A DNA stretch of 64,000 nt, taken from the NCBI GenBank assembly GCA_965644315.1, contig CBFFRQ010000093.1:62001-126000 (forward strand), read 5' to 3'. The DNA comes from Caecitellus pseudoparvulus. Taxonomy: Eukaryota > Protista > Bigyra: Bicosoecida. Below the pieces are notes generated by a model. It was not told the origin of the DNA. It was given only the letters and a program-made list of their open reading frames with translations, and made no database searches. Shown in pieces: positions 32,798 to 44,728 of this stretch; the first letter of the stretch is position 1, and each line of letters begins with the position of its first letter. A program made the translations under genes and the position numbers.

Positions 32798-35700
32798 ATG
32801 AAAACGATCCAAGTGTGGCATGACTCCATCGTCTCCAGCTCCTCCAAGCCTGTTGTCGTATGGGACTTGGCGTGGAAGCCAGGTGCGATGGCGGCGATGC
32901 GGGCGTTTTTGCACCTCCCGCAACCCCCTCGAACTTGCCCTGCACAGACGGGACGGAAGTCATCGTTGCCGCGGGGCAGCACCTGCTGGTATACAACGCG
33001 AGTGACGGTGCTTGTTTGAAGACCCTGACCAGTGCGTGCTCTTGGCCTGCTTGGGCCTGCTCAGCAGCACGCACCGCTGCAATCGTGGTGCCGCAGACCA
33101 CACTGGCGCAGTGTACTGCGTGGAGTATGCAAGGGACGGGCAGCGCTTTGCCAGTGGAGGCGCAGACAATACTGTCATGGTCTGGGACAGCAAGCACACC
33201 TGCTTGATGAAGTACAGCCACAAGGACAGCATCCAGGCGCTGGCGTACAACCCAGTTACCCACCAGCTGGCATCTTGCACCGCACGCGACTTTGCCCTGT
33301 GGGTCCAGCGAAAGCGCAACGTGCGCAAGAAGCCTGTCCCGTCCAAGGTCTTGTGTGCGAGCTGGTCCTTGGACGGCCAGGCGCTTGCTCTGGGCATGTT
33401 GAACGGCACCATCTCCATCCGAGACCCTGAGGGTGCCGAGACCATGCGCATTGCGCGAGACAAGCCCGTGTGGAGCTTATCGTACAGCATGCAGTGGAAT
33501 GCCCTGGAGAAGCAGGATGAAGATTTGCTGGCTGTGGGCTGCTGGGACCAGACACTGTCCTTCTACTCCGGCGGGCAGCAGGTTGGCCGGGATGTTGCTC
33601 TGGGGTACGACCCCACGTGCGTTTCGTGGTTCACCGCGGGGCAGTTTCTTCTCGTCAGCGGATCAAACAAAAAGACAACCTTGTTCACAAAAGACGGCAT
33701 TGAGCTCTGCACGGCTGCTGAAGGCGAGGACTGGGCATGGGCAGCGAAGCAGCGCCCCCGCCAAAACTACGTCGCAGTCGCCAGGAACGACGGCACCGTG
33801 TCCATGCATATGCTGGCCTTCACAACCGTGCACGGACTGTACAAAGACAGGTACGCCTACCGCGACTCCATGACCGACGTCATCGTGCAGCACTTGCTGA
33901 CTGACCACAAGGTTCGCATCCGCTGCAAGGACTACGTGAAGAAGATTGCCGTGTACAAGTCTCGGCTCGCAGTGCAGCTCAAGAAGCGCGTGCTGGTGTA
34001 CGAGCTGGGGCAGGGAGATGACGCGCACGGGATGCAGTACCGCGTGAAGAAGCGCATTAATGAGGCCCTCGAGTGCAACTTGCTGGTGGTCACGGCAGAG
34101 CACGTCATCCTCTGCCAAGAGAGCCGCTTGCAGCTCTTCGCACTCACGGGGCACAAAGAGCGCGAGTGGGTTCTGGAGAGTGTGATCAGGTACATCAAGG
34201 TCACAGGCGGGCCCGATGGAGGCGAAGGGCTCCTTGTTGGCCTGAAGAATGGCGCAGTGTTCAAGATCTTCGTGAACAACCCCTTCCCCATCCTGGTGAC
34301 ACGCCACACACGGGCCGTAAGGTGCCTGGATGTTTCCTTGGACCGGACCAAGATGGCGCTGGTTGACGATGCCAACACGCTGCAAGTCATGGACATGGAG
34401 AGCAAGGAGGTGCTCTTCCAACACGATGGCACGACCAGTGTTGCGTGGAACAGCCAAGCTGAAGATGTTCTGTGCTTTTCAGGGAATGAGCATCTGCACA
34501 TCAAGACGGGCACATTCCCCCTGGTGTCCCAGCCGCTGCAGGGCTTCGTGGTCGGCTTTCACGGCTCCAAGGTGTTTTGCCTCCAGTCCATCGCTATGCA
34601 GACTGTGGACGTCCCACAGGGCGTCTCCATGCACCGCTACATCGACACGCGCAAGCTAGACGATGCGTATGCTGTGGCATGTTTGGGCGTAACAGATTCA
34701 GACTGGCGAGCTCTGGGTGTTGCAGCCCTCAAGTCAGTCCGATTTGACATTGCCCGCAAAGCCTTCTCGCGGATCAAGGACATGCGCTACATGGAGCTGC
34801 TGACTCAAGTGGAGGCAGTCCAAGCGTCCAGGCGGCTGGCAGCTGCTGGCTCTGATGTCGACCCCGACGCAGGGCTGCTGGCAGATGTTCTGGCGTTCGA
34901 AGGGCGCTTTGAAGAGGCAGCATCCATGTACAAGCGAGGCGGCATGCTGGATGCTGCGATCGACATGTACACCGACCTGCGCAGGTGGGAGGCTGCCAAA
35001 CAGCTGGCGGAGAGCTCCGCTGGAGCGGTGGACGTGCGGGAGTTGTTGGTGCGGCAAGCCCAGGTGGCTGAAGACTCTGCTGATTTCCAAGCTGCCGCCA
35101 GCATCTTCACCTCGCTGGGCCAGCACGAGCGAGCCATCAACCTTCTCGGGGAGAATGGCGACTTGGAAGCAGTTGCTGCCCTCGTCCGCACCCTTGACGC
35201 GAGCAACCGAGGAGCGCTGGATGCTGCCGCCAAGCATTTTCGCGCAGCTGGCAAGGAAGGTGCGCGGCACGCAAAGGAGACTTACATTAAGATGGGGGAC
35301 ATTGTGTCCCTGCTTGGCGTCCATGTCGAGTGCGAGGAGTGGGACGAAGCCATCAGCCTTGCCACGTCAGCTGATGCGAAGGCGGCAAAGGAAGCTGAAG
35401 CGGCTGGCCTCCCACCCCCTTCCTCCGAGCACACCATCCGTGTTTACCTTCCGTACGCCGAGTGGCTGGTGAATCGAGGGGAGTATGTCAAAGCTCGAGA
35501 GGCATTGAGCAAAGCAAACCGGCCTGACCTTGCAGCCACAGTGCTGGTGGCCCTCTCTGTGAATGCTGTTACTGAATCACGCCACAAAGATGCTTGCGTT
35601 CAGTTCCTACAACTGGCTGGTGAAGAACTCAACATCCAGAGCATGACCGGCCAGGGGGCAGCGTCTGAAGAAGCGCCACTGAACCCACGCAGGTCCCTCG

Positions 35701-36794
35701 CCTTGGTGTACTTGGCGAGAGTTCACTACGCCTACTCCTTCGTGCTTCAGTTTGTTGATGCCCCTTTCACGCCACTTCAGCCTCACACCATCTTCCAGGC
35801 TGCTGCCTTCGTCTTGAATGGTCTCACCGCCGCTTCCAACCCTTCCATCCCCCACGAGCAGCTGGAGTACTTAGACAGCACAGTCTTCTTCCCCTCGTAC
35901 CTCCCCTCCACCGCCGCTGCGGAGGCTGGGCAGAGACTCTCTGGCCCACGTCGAAACAGGGCACCCTTGGTCAGAGCTGATGGTGTGCCGATCGGGGTGG
36001 AGGTTGCCAAGGTGCTGTACGCGGTTGCTCAGCAAGCCGCGGGGCTCGGTGCGTACAGGCTGGCGAAGAGCTCGTATGACCGCCTGTCTGCACTGCACTA
36101 CCCACCATCGTGGCGGGATTCCGTGGAAATGGCCCGCCTTGCGCTGCAAGCCAAGCCCTTCACTGACAAGGACTCAGTCCTTCCCATGTGCTACCGCTGC
36201 AGCACCGTCAACTCCGTGCTCCGGACCAGTGGCTCAGGCGACGTATGCTCAAATTGTGGGCACCCATTTGTGCGGTGCATGGTGACCTTTGACCATCTGC
36301 CCCTGGTGCAGTTCGTTCCCGACTACGACGGCGGCCTCACCGACGAAGCTGCGCTCTCCTTGATCAAGACTGACACCCGCCGAACGGCAGCGTCGGGTTC
36401 AGGCACAAAGACAATTTCAGAGGGAGGCGTGCAAGCCCTGACATTCAGCACCCCAGCAGGTGGGACGAAGTCCCCTGATGCAGATTCTGATCAACTTCAG
36501 GCCGCACTTGAAGCGTCTGAAGTGCTGGATTTCGGCTCTGTGCTCAAGGCTGATGAGGGCATGCTCCGCAGTGCCAACCGAACGCGCATCATCGTCGCGC
36601 CCTGGAACACGGTGCACCCCGAGCTGCACATCCGCTTCTTCTTCAACATGATGCCCGACGTCCACGTCGCTTGCTGCAACTCTTGCTGCTCCCTGTTCAA
36701 CGCACAGCAGCTTGAGCAGCAGTTGCTGAAGACTGGCAACAAGTGCCCGGTGTGCTCAGCCTCCGCTGACTTCATCCAGTGGGGAAATTTGTGA
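32798..36794 (+). CDS. IFT122: Intraflagellar transport protein 122 (IFT-A); two 5' introns
   Basis: WDLAWKP|DG..., FTTVHGLYKDRYAYRDSMTDVIVQHL, CLGVTDSDWRALG, MYTDLRRW, C-terminal CYRC/CSNC zinc ribbon. Confidence 0.96.
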
Positions 36795-36824
36795 TACTTT
36801 TGCTCCGCAGTGTATTGAAATGCA

Positions 36825-37685
36825 TCACTGCTGGGGTGCTGTGGAGGTTGTATCCAGCACACGGTACCGCCGCCGAGGTGCAGTGGCTGAGGCCCTCGTC
36901 GGCAGGATTGGGGGGGGCAGAGGCAACGCAAGCGCCTCTGTACCCGGCGTGACACCCCTTCTCTTCAATTGCACGAGCTTCAGCTGGCGGTTGGCCCTCT
37001 CTGTATCTGCCAATTCTTGTTCCAGGTGCTGCAATGCCGTGTGCGCGTGTGCTGCTCTCTCCATAGACGCAAGGAGCAACGCTTCCTCTCCTGCCGCCTG
37101 ATCCTCAACTTCAGCAACTCGAGTGGACGCCCGGCTAATCTTTTGTGAGAGAACACCAAGCTTGTGTTCGGTACTCTGGACCTCTTTGTGAAGGCGCTCC
37201 TGCTCTTGCTTCATGGCGGCGCACTCTTGCTCCAGCCTGACGAGGTCTGCTGTTGCTCGTGTCTCAGCCGCCAAACTGGCAGACAAGTGCCGATTGACTT
37301 CTCGCATTGTGGCACGAAACACATTTCGCCGTTCAAGGGCCTCATGCACAAGGGGGAGTTCCGCAGCTTGCTCAACTGCAGCCACAAAATGTTGCAGGGC
37401 GCCATGCATGTCATCAAGCAGCCGTAGCTCCCAGACGCTGCCAGCCAGAGAGAGGGCTTTGTGTCGGTGATGGCGCAGGCGCAAGCTGCGGTCAGTGCTG
37501 GCCAGAGCAACGTGTTGGGACAGTGCCGATGCTGCCCTTACTTGGTGCAACTGAAGCGCGGCCTTCACGAGTGCGGATTTTGCTGCTTCTTTCTGCTGCG
37601 TTGCCGCTCCAAGCTCTTGCTGAGCCCCTGCAGAGGCCTCAACTTTAGCCTGCAGCAGTGTTTCGTATTCCTTCACAGTATCCAT
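36825..37685 (-). CDS. Hypothetical coiled-coil protein (286 aa)
   Basis: ATG-initiated ORF rich in E/Q/A/L heptads that fills the space between neighbouring genes. Confidence 0.6.
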   Translation of the reverse strand: MDTVKEYETLLQAKVEASAGAQQELGAATQQKEAAKSALVKAALQLHQVRAASALSQHVALASTDRSLRLRHHRHKALSLAGSVWELRLLDDMHGALQHFVAAVEQAAELPLVHEALERRNVFRATMREVNRHLSASLAAETRATADLVRLEQECAAMKQEQERLHKEVQSTEHKLGVLSQKISRASTRVAEVEDQAAGEEALLLASMERAAHAHTALQHLEQELADTERANRQLKLVQLKRRGVTPGTEALALPLPPPILPTRASATAPRRRYRVLDTTSTAPQQ

Positions 37686-38216
37686 GGCCGCAGCCTAGGT
37701 GTCCAAGAAACCTGCACGCGTTGCTCGCCAATCAGGTGGCAAGATGGCAACGGCAGCGCAGGGGAGGGATGGTGGTACTTGCTTCTGGAGCGGTCTTCTA
37801 AGCTAGCTTGTGCTTCGCAGGTGCCATGTATGCTGTTCTTGTGCTGATTGGTGCGAGTCTCGAAGCGCAAAGTGTGCCAGAGAGGATGTGACGTTTTGTC
37901 CCGGGAGGCAGAATCCTCAGGCTGCACCTGATAGTGAAACAGTCTTTTTCTTGGACAGACTAGTTTATCTTCGCTCAGAACGCACAGCCTCCTCAGCCTC
38001 CTCAACACAAACAAGGATTCAGACCCTCTTTGACGCGTTCTCTCAAAAATCTTCGAGTCTTTGCTCCTAAACTGCTTCTGCAGAGGTGGCGGATTGAAGC
38101 AATTTCCGCAGGAGGCATCGGTCACTTGCAACGTAGTGCATGTATCTGCACGCTGGTGGCGTTGCCCAGCAAGAACCGGAACGCAATCTCGTAATCTTTC
38201 ATTTAAGCGCGTCCGC

Positions 38217-40946
38217 ATGAGCACAAGGGCGCTTGGAAACGAGGGCGGTGCAGCATTGCAAGCCACCTGCTCGGGAAGTGGGCCAAGCCACAACTTTGGG
38301 CAAGCGAGTACTTCTGGTGCGGCAAGCTGCGCACAGAGCGCGGGCCGTGCAGATCCTGACTTTGTTGAGCGCCAAGCATTAAGTCAGTTTGCTGGCCTGG
38401 TTCAGCGGGGTGATGTGTCTGTATGGCAGGAGCTCGGGAAGGAAAAGGCTACGGAGGAAGCCAGAGCACGTATCGCGGCTAGGATTATTCTGCTGGCTTC
38501 CCACCTTCAACTCCCGGGCGTAGTCTCTGCTTGCAGTCTTGAATTCGTCAAGCAGGACCCCAGTCTTTGGACTCTTGGGTTGAGGCCTCACCACTTAGCA
38601 GCGGCATCTGTGCTGGGATTCGCGTGGACCACATGTACCACTGGTGCGCCATCCTCAGCCTCCCCACCACTGCATTCTGCTGCCACATTCTTGGCCCTAA
38701 CTGACCTTGGATATGATCCTCGGCAACCAAAAAGGGGGATACGGGCATTGCCCGTCGCGTTTGCGGTTTTGCCACCGCCACCGAGAGCGATCTTGGCACA
38801 CAGCTGGCCTCCAGCTAGTCGAACAGAGGACATAAATTTCGCAGCCTGCTTGTCGCCTGTATTGGCTCATCTCCCGCCCACAGTCGCGTTCACTCTTCAT
38901 GTATGGGAGCGCCTGTATGACGAGGTGCAAGTGTTTGTTCGTTCGTTGAGAGAGGGTTGCTTCGAGTTGCAGTGGAGTATCCTGGATGCTGAGGAATGCT
39001 TCATTCCACCACACTCCCACTTCCTAGATAGCAGACCAGAAGCATACCACCCAGATGAACATTTACAGCAGACCATCTTCTCTATCTTGAGGGACGTTCA
39101 CGCCGGGCAGCAGCCCGCTGGTCCACCGGGCATTGGGCAGTCTCAACACTCTTTCGTGCATCTTCCAGCCATTGCCGCTGACCTTGACTCTGATGCCCCT
39201 GAAATCTTGCTCGGAACTCTGCTGACCCACGCGCGATGCATTTTGCGTCAATCAGCCCTGGCCTGTAGGCAACATATCGGCTGGCAAACCTTGGCCGCTC
39301 AGCGGCTTGAGCGTGCTGAAGCTCTAGTGAATACCTCAGAGTCCGTGGTCCTGGCCCATCGGGACCACCTTGCATCACTCCACGCTGTGCTTGTGATTCA
39401 ACGCTTCTGGAGGAAATGGCGACCAACCTCCCTGCTCTGGACCTACCCCGAAGAAGCTGTCATGTTTGCCGGTCAGCAGGCAGCGGCACTGCTCATTCAG
39501 AGCTGGGTACGTTCATGCATTGTGCGCAAGGCAGTGCTGTCAAGGTTTCGTTCTCAAGCTGAGCATGCAGCCGCTACTTTGATCCAATCCGTTCTTCGGT
39601 CTTATCTGTGCATGCGCATGCACACTGTGACTCAGCATGGACAGAACAGGCTTAAATGGTGTAAGGGTGTTGGTGGCGAGGATGGTACAAGGCGTGGTGT
39701 TGTGAGAGCAGGAATAGATGAGGGGGATGTCGAGGGCCAGGGCGGGGATGAAGGGGATGTCGAGGGCCAGGGCGGGGATGAGGGGGATGTCGAGGGCCAG
39801 GGCGGGGATGAAGGGGATGTCGAGGGCCAGGGCGGGGATGTCGAGGGCCAGGGCGGGGATGAAGGGGATGTCGAGGGCCAGGGCGGGGATGAAGGGGATG
39901 TCGAGGGCCAGGGCGGGGATGAAGGGGATGTCGAGGGCCAGGGCGGGGATGAAGGGGATGTCGAGGGCCAGGGCGGGGATGAAGGGGATGTCGAGGGCCA
40001 GGGCGGGGATGAAGGGGATGTCGAGGGCCAGGGCGGGGATGAAGGGGATGTCGAGGGCCAGGGCGGGGATGAAGGGGATGTCGAGGGCCAGGGCGGGGAT
40101 GAGGGGGATGTCGAGGGCCAGGGCGGGGATGAGAGAGATATGGAGGGCCAGGGCGGGGATGAGGGGGGTGTCGAGGGCCAGGGCGGGGATGAGGGGGATA
40201 TGGAGGGCCAGGGCGGGGATGAAGGGGATGTCGAGGGTCAGGGCGGGGATGAAGGGGATGTCGAGGGCCAGGGCGGGGATGAGGGCCAGGGCGGGTATGA
40301 CGGGGATGTCGAGGGCCAGGGCGGGGATGAAGGGGATGTCGAGGGCCAGGGCGGGGATGAGGGGGGTGTCGAGGGCCAGGGCGGGGATGAGTGCGAGGGC
40401 GTGCATCAGGGTGGTGAAGAGGGCCAGGGAGGTGATGAGAGAGATATGGAGGGCCAGGGCGGGGATGAGGGGGATGTCGAGGGCCAGGGTGGGGATGAGG
40501 GCCAGGGCGGGGATGAGGGGGATGTCGAGGGCCAGGGCGGGGATGAGAGAGATGTCGAGGGCCAGGGCGGGGATGAGGGGGATGTCGAGGGCCAGGGCGG
40601 GGATGAGGGGGATGTCGAGGGCCAGGGCGGGGATGAGGGGGATGTCGAGGGCCAGGGCGGGGATGAGGGGGATGTCGAGGGCCAGGGCGGGGATGAGGGC
40701 CAGGGCGGGGATGAGGGGGGTGTCGAGGGCCAGGGCGGGGATGAGGGGGATGTCGAGGGCCAGGGAGATATGGAGGGCCAGGGCGGGGATGAAGGGGATG
40801 TCATGGATGAGTGCGATTTCGGAGAGCAGGATAAGGGTGGAGCTGTGGGTGCTGGTGAGGCAAGAGTAGGAAAAGGCAAAGGCGAAGGCCAAGCCAGAGC
40901 ACCCGGAGAGAGTCGTGATTCCGCTGGGTGCTGTGCAGTCCAGTAG
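38217..40946 (+). CDS. IQ-motif protein with a long acidic Gly/Glu/Asp repeat tail
   Basis: Three IQ-like motifs (VIQRFWR, LIQSWVR, LIQSVLR) followed by (GDVEGQGGDE)n. Single ORF; the first ATG is at 38217. Confidence 0.65.
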   Translation: MSTRALGNEGGAALQATCSGSGPSHNFGQASTSGAASCAQSAGRADPDFVERQALSQFAGLVQRGDVSVWQELGKEKATEEARARIAARIILLASHLQLPGVVSACSLEFVKQDPSLWTLGLRPHHLAAASVLGFAWTTCTTGAPSSASPPLHSAATFLALTDLGYDPRQPKRGIRALPVAFAVLPPPPRAILAHSWPPASRTEDINFAACLSPVLAHLPPTVAFTLHVWERLYDEVQVFVRSLREGCFELQWSILDAEECFIPPHSHFLDSRPEAYHPDEHLQQTIFSILRDVHAGQQPAGPPGIGQSQHSFVHLPAIAADLDSDAPEILLGTLLTHARCILRQSALACRQHIGWQTLAAQRLERAEALVNTSESVVLAHRDHLASLHAVLVIQRFWRKWRPTSLLWTYPEEAVMFAGQQAAALLIQSWVRSCIVRKAVLSRFRSQAEHAAATLIQSVLRSYLCMRMHTVTQHGQNRLKWCKGVGGEDGTRRGVVRAGIDEGDVEGQGGDEGDVEGQGGDEGDVEGQGGDEGDVEGQGGDVEGQGGDEGDVEGQGGDEGDVEGQGGDEGDVEGQGGDEGDVEGQGGDEGDVEGQGGDEGDVEGQGGDEGDVEGQGGDEGDVEGQGGDEGDVEGQGGDERDMEGQGGDEGGVEGQGGDEGDMEGQGGDEGDVEGQGGDEGDVEGQGGDEGQGGYDGDVEGQGGDEGDVEGQGGDEGGVEGQGGDECEGVHQGGEEGQGGDERDMEGQGGDEGDVEGQGGDEGQGGDEGDVEGQGGDERDVEGQGGDEGDVEGQGGDEGDVEGQGGDEGDVEGQGGDEGDVEGQGGDEGQGGDEGGVEGQGGDEGDVEGQGDMEGQGGDEGDVMDECDFGEQDKGGAVGAGEARVGKGKGEGQARAPGESRDSAGCCAVQ
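39717..40802 (+). repeat. 30-bp G-rich tandem repeat (GARGGGGATGTCGAGGGCCAGGGCGGGGAT), ~36 unit-lengths with in-frame deletion variants
   Basis: Directly visible near-identical tandem copies. Confidence 0.97.
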
Positions 40947-41184
40947 TGTGCATGACTCATTTTTGTCAATGCGGCAATCGTCAAGTACTGATAGGCTCGC
41001 ACGAGTTAAAGCAGATTCCCAGCTCTTGTATGCTTCAGACGCCCTCATTGGTCTGTGCGTGAGGACAGGGGAGCCAAGGTGTGCCGTGCGCCTGCGCGAG
41101 TGTACGAGCCTTGGAAGCACCAAGAAGGAATCAGGCGCTCCCAACTGCCCAGCCTTCAAAGTCTCTGCCCCTCTTGCCATCAGC

Positions 41185-42646
41185 ATGTCGGATGCTATTG
41201 ACCCGCATGTGCAGCGCAAGTACAGCATCCTCAGCAAGCTCGGGAAAGGGGTGCGTCGGTTGGCTCACAAGCCGTTGACTCCTCTTTCAAGAGCACGCTG
41301 GCTCCCCACAGGCTTATGGCATCGTGTGGAAAGCCACAGACCTGCGAACCAAAAAGACTGTTGCACTGAAGAAGTGCTTCGATGCCTTTCGAAACGCAAC
41401 TGACGCACAGGTATGAGCGGCAGCCGACTACGTGCGGAAACTGGGTTTCCACCACGCTTTCTACACGGTCAACTTTTGCGCAGCGGACGTACCGTGAAAT
41501 CATGTACCTGTCTTCAGACCTCCGAAGTCACCCAAACATTGTCAAGCTGGTCAACATCATTCGTGCCGCGAACGACGTGGACATCTACCTCGTATTTGAG
41601 CACCTGGGTGCGTTCCAGCGCGCTGGCCTGTCAACGCAAGAACCTGGCAAGCTCCCATGGGTGTGCGCAGAGACGGACCTCCATGCAGTCATCCGAGCAA
41701 AAATTTTACAGCCCATTCACAAGCAATTTGTGACGTACCAACTCGTGAAGGCGCTGTACTTCATGCACAGCGCTGAGTTGCTGCACCGAGATGTGAAGCC
41801 AAGCAACCTTTTGCTCAACGCTGACTGCAGCGTCAAGCTGTGTGACTTTGGGCTCTGCAGATCTGCACTGGATGAATCAGTTTCATCCGGTTCCATTCTC
41901 ACGGATTACGTTGCCACCAGGTGGTACCGTGCTCCGGAGATTCTGCTTGGGTCAACCGCCTATGGCAAGGCAGTTGACATGTGGAGCGTGGGCTGCATTC
42001 TTGGAGAGATGCTGACTGGCCGAGCTATCTTCCCGGGGAACTCAACGATGAACCAGCTCGACCGAATTTTGCAGTTAACGGGGCAGCCTACGGAGGAGGA
42101 CCTGAGGGAAATCGGGTGCGTGCCATCACCGCAACTCGCACCTACAACTCGATGCACATGCAGAATTCCTTGCACAGGTCGCCATTTGCAGCCACCATGA
42201 TGGAGAGCATTTCAACTGTCGATCGCAGACCAATAGCAGATCACTTCCCAGGGGCAAGTGCCGAGGCGGTCGACTTCCTCCTGCGTTGCCTGAGCTTCAA
42301 CCCGAGCAAGCGCTTGACAGCCAAGGAGGCGCTGGGGCACCCGTACTTGGCCCAGTTCCACTCCCCAGACACAGAGCCTTGCTGCTCACACGCACTGAAG
42401 ATAGCAGTAGACGACAACATCAAGTGCGTGGTCTTTTGTTCCCACCAGCCTGCTTTGCTTTGCTTCTGTTCCTCATGCTGATCTTGCACATGTCACAGGT
42501 ACACCGCTGCAGATTACAGGGATCGCTTGTACAAGGACATTGCCAGCCGAAAACGCAGTTCTGTTGCAAAGAAGAAGGCCTCGGAGGGTGGGCAACGAGG
42601 GACCACCAGCACAGTTCCCGCACAAGGTCAAGGTGCTGCATCCTGA
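41185..42646 (+). CDS. MAPK15: ERK7/ERK8-type MAP kinase (TDY activation motif); multi-exon
   Basis: [17 protein letters not shown]|[20 protein letters not shown]|[32 protein letters not shown]|[11 protein letters not shown]. Confidence 0.93.
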
Positions 42647-44300
42647 TCCCGCTCATGGCTCTGCCCAGACGCCTCCTGCATGGACCGCTCAATGGCAAAT
42701 GCAAGCATCTCTTCCTCAGTCATGTGGGCTGCAGAAACTGGCTGTGCTTGAGGTGACGGAGCTGGGGGTGCCCGGACACTAGTGGAGCCACCGCTTGCAG
42801 CGGTGGAATCTTTGCCAGCACCATGCAAGGCGTCGGGCGGTGAGGCTGGGTGTTGGGGGGCAGCAGCGACTGCTGCAGCCGCCGTTGATGTGGCAGGGGC
42901 AGGTGCGCTGGCAGTTGATCCCCCGCCCAGCAACATGGATGCAGCCACTGCCTGCTGCATCATTGCAGACTCAGAGTCTGCCATGATGCGACCAGGAGCG
43001 CGGGATGTGGGTCCTCGTGTGCCTGTTCCAGCGGTTGCACGGGCCCAAGCGGCAGTAATGGTGTCTTGGATGGGAGGTAGCGACAATCCCCCAGACGATG
43101 CACTTTGTCCCCCGAGGGGAAGGTGCTCGGGGATCTGCATGTACGTGCGCAAGAAAATCGCAGCTGAGTGCATCCACCAGGACGGACGAGCAGAGTTATG
43201 TCCTCCAGTCACCAAGGACAAGTTCTTGTCGCCAGCATACTTGGCGTGGATATCATGGGAGTGACTGGGCAAAATGAAATCGTCCTGCTGCCCTGCAACG
43301 AATAGCGCTGGGATGAAGCATTTGTCCACGTCAGCGATGGGGGTCAGGGCGTCGATGTCGAAGTTGGCCTTCTTCTTCACGCTGCCTTGAACCCAGCCAA
43401 TGATGATTTTCACGACGAAACCGGGCACGTTGTAGCCACTCATCTCTTTGCCTTTATCAACTAGCTCAGTAGCCAGTTGCATCAAGGATGAGAAGGGGGA
43501 GTCCAGCACCATCGCGGCGATGCTGGGATCCCGGTGCCCGTGCAAGAGCGCAGTTGCTGCTCCCATGCTGCGCCCCCACAGCCCGATCGTGCCGACGCGC
43601 CCAGAGCTACGAAGGAAGTCGATGACTGCTGACAGGTCATCCTTCTCGAAGAAGCCCAATGACACCTGCAATCAGGGTGGCAAGGTCGCTTGCGCAGGGC
43701 CACCATGAGAGGCCGAGGACACTCACGTAGTCACCTCCGGATTGGCCACTTCCACTGAAATCGAAGGAAAATAGGCTGCAGCCTTCCCCCAGCACTACTT
43801 CCATGCTCTCCATGGCGCACAGTCGGCAGCTGGAGTTGCCATGCATCCTGCGAACCAGCACGGTACAACGCCAGCCTAGTGCATCTGTTGACACGCCACA
43901 TGGAGCGATACTCACGCCACAACAACAGGAGCCGGCTCTTGCAAGTCAGATCGACGCCACCAGGAACATTTCAAAGTCATCCCGCGTCCATTTTCCAGGT
44001 CCAAATCCTCCCGCTCGAACGGCTTGCCGCAGAACTCAAAGGACGAGGGACCTGAGGGTTGCGGAAAAACGTTGCCAGACTTGCTGGCAGTGCCGACGCA
44101 GGATGGCACGAACCCAAGTCTTCCAACGAGTACTCCGCGCGAGGAGGGCGGATGATGGCATTCACCACTTGTGCGTACCCAGCTTGTGCCTGTGCATACC
44201 AGCTTCCTTGGCTTGTGGAGCTGGCGGCCGCGGTAGCAGTTGAGGCTTGGGAGGCTGAGTCCTCTCCTCCGCTGGCTCCGGAGCTTGACTTGTTGCCCAT
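42628..44300 (-). CDS. Alpha/beta-fold serine hydrolase (YqkD-like) with N-myristoylation signal and C-terminal UIM-like motifs; multi-exon
   Basis: MGNKSSS; NAIIRPPRAEY; HGNSSCR; FDFSGSG.SGGDYVSLG; GLWGRSMGA; QDDFI; GGHNS; TEEEMLAFAIERSM. Confidence 0.85.
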
Positions 44301-44728
44301 GCTGAGCTGGGAGCACCAAGCACAGCCAAAAGGGTGGGAATGTGGAACACTAAGTGCAGCCTTCTCGATCAGTCGCAGGGAACGTTTTGGTTGCATGGAA
44401 GCTCTTGCTGAGGCGGGCGCCCGCCTCGCAGACTTCGCTCTGAGCAACACAAACGTGGGAGCATAACTTGTCGAAATCTGAAACCGCCATCGCAACCATA
44501 ATCCATACACGCTCCACGGCAGCTTTCGCTGTGCAGGTTTGGCGCTCAGCCTGAAAGTTGCGTACGCTGCTGCGCCAGGTGAGACGCTGCAGCCTGCGTT
44601 GGAGCAGTTTGCAGGAAATCCCCTTCTTCTGGCGGCCTGCGCTGGTAAGCACCACCCCAGCTGAGTTAAGATCACCGTGTTTGCTGGGCCACTTATATGC
44701 ATTTGCACGGTGGAACAGTAGGCTCCCC

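Noticed and set aside
30547-33100. Apparent frameshifts or pseudogenes (DPH2, IFT122, also MAPK15, ARL, TBL1)
   Set aside because: Frame breaks coincide with short canonical GT...AG introns, and splicing restored the conserved frame where I checked it.
39717-40802. CRISPR array
   Set aside because: The units are contiguous with no unique spacers, there are no cas genes, and the context is eukaryotic.
39540-41237. Long ORFs 39540-41237(-), 39718-40869(+) and 40406-41002(-) as separate genes
   Set aside because: They are explained by the stop-free 30-bp repeat. Only the IQ-gene frame has recognisable flanking motifs.
9434-42646. Ciliary gene cluster (ARL, TTLL, IFT122, IQ protein, MAPK15)
   Set aside because: The genes are interspersed with unrelated ones, and ciliary genes are common in flagellate genomes, so there is no evidence of non-random clustering.
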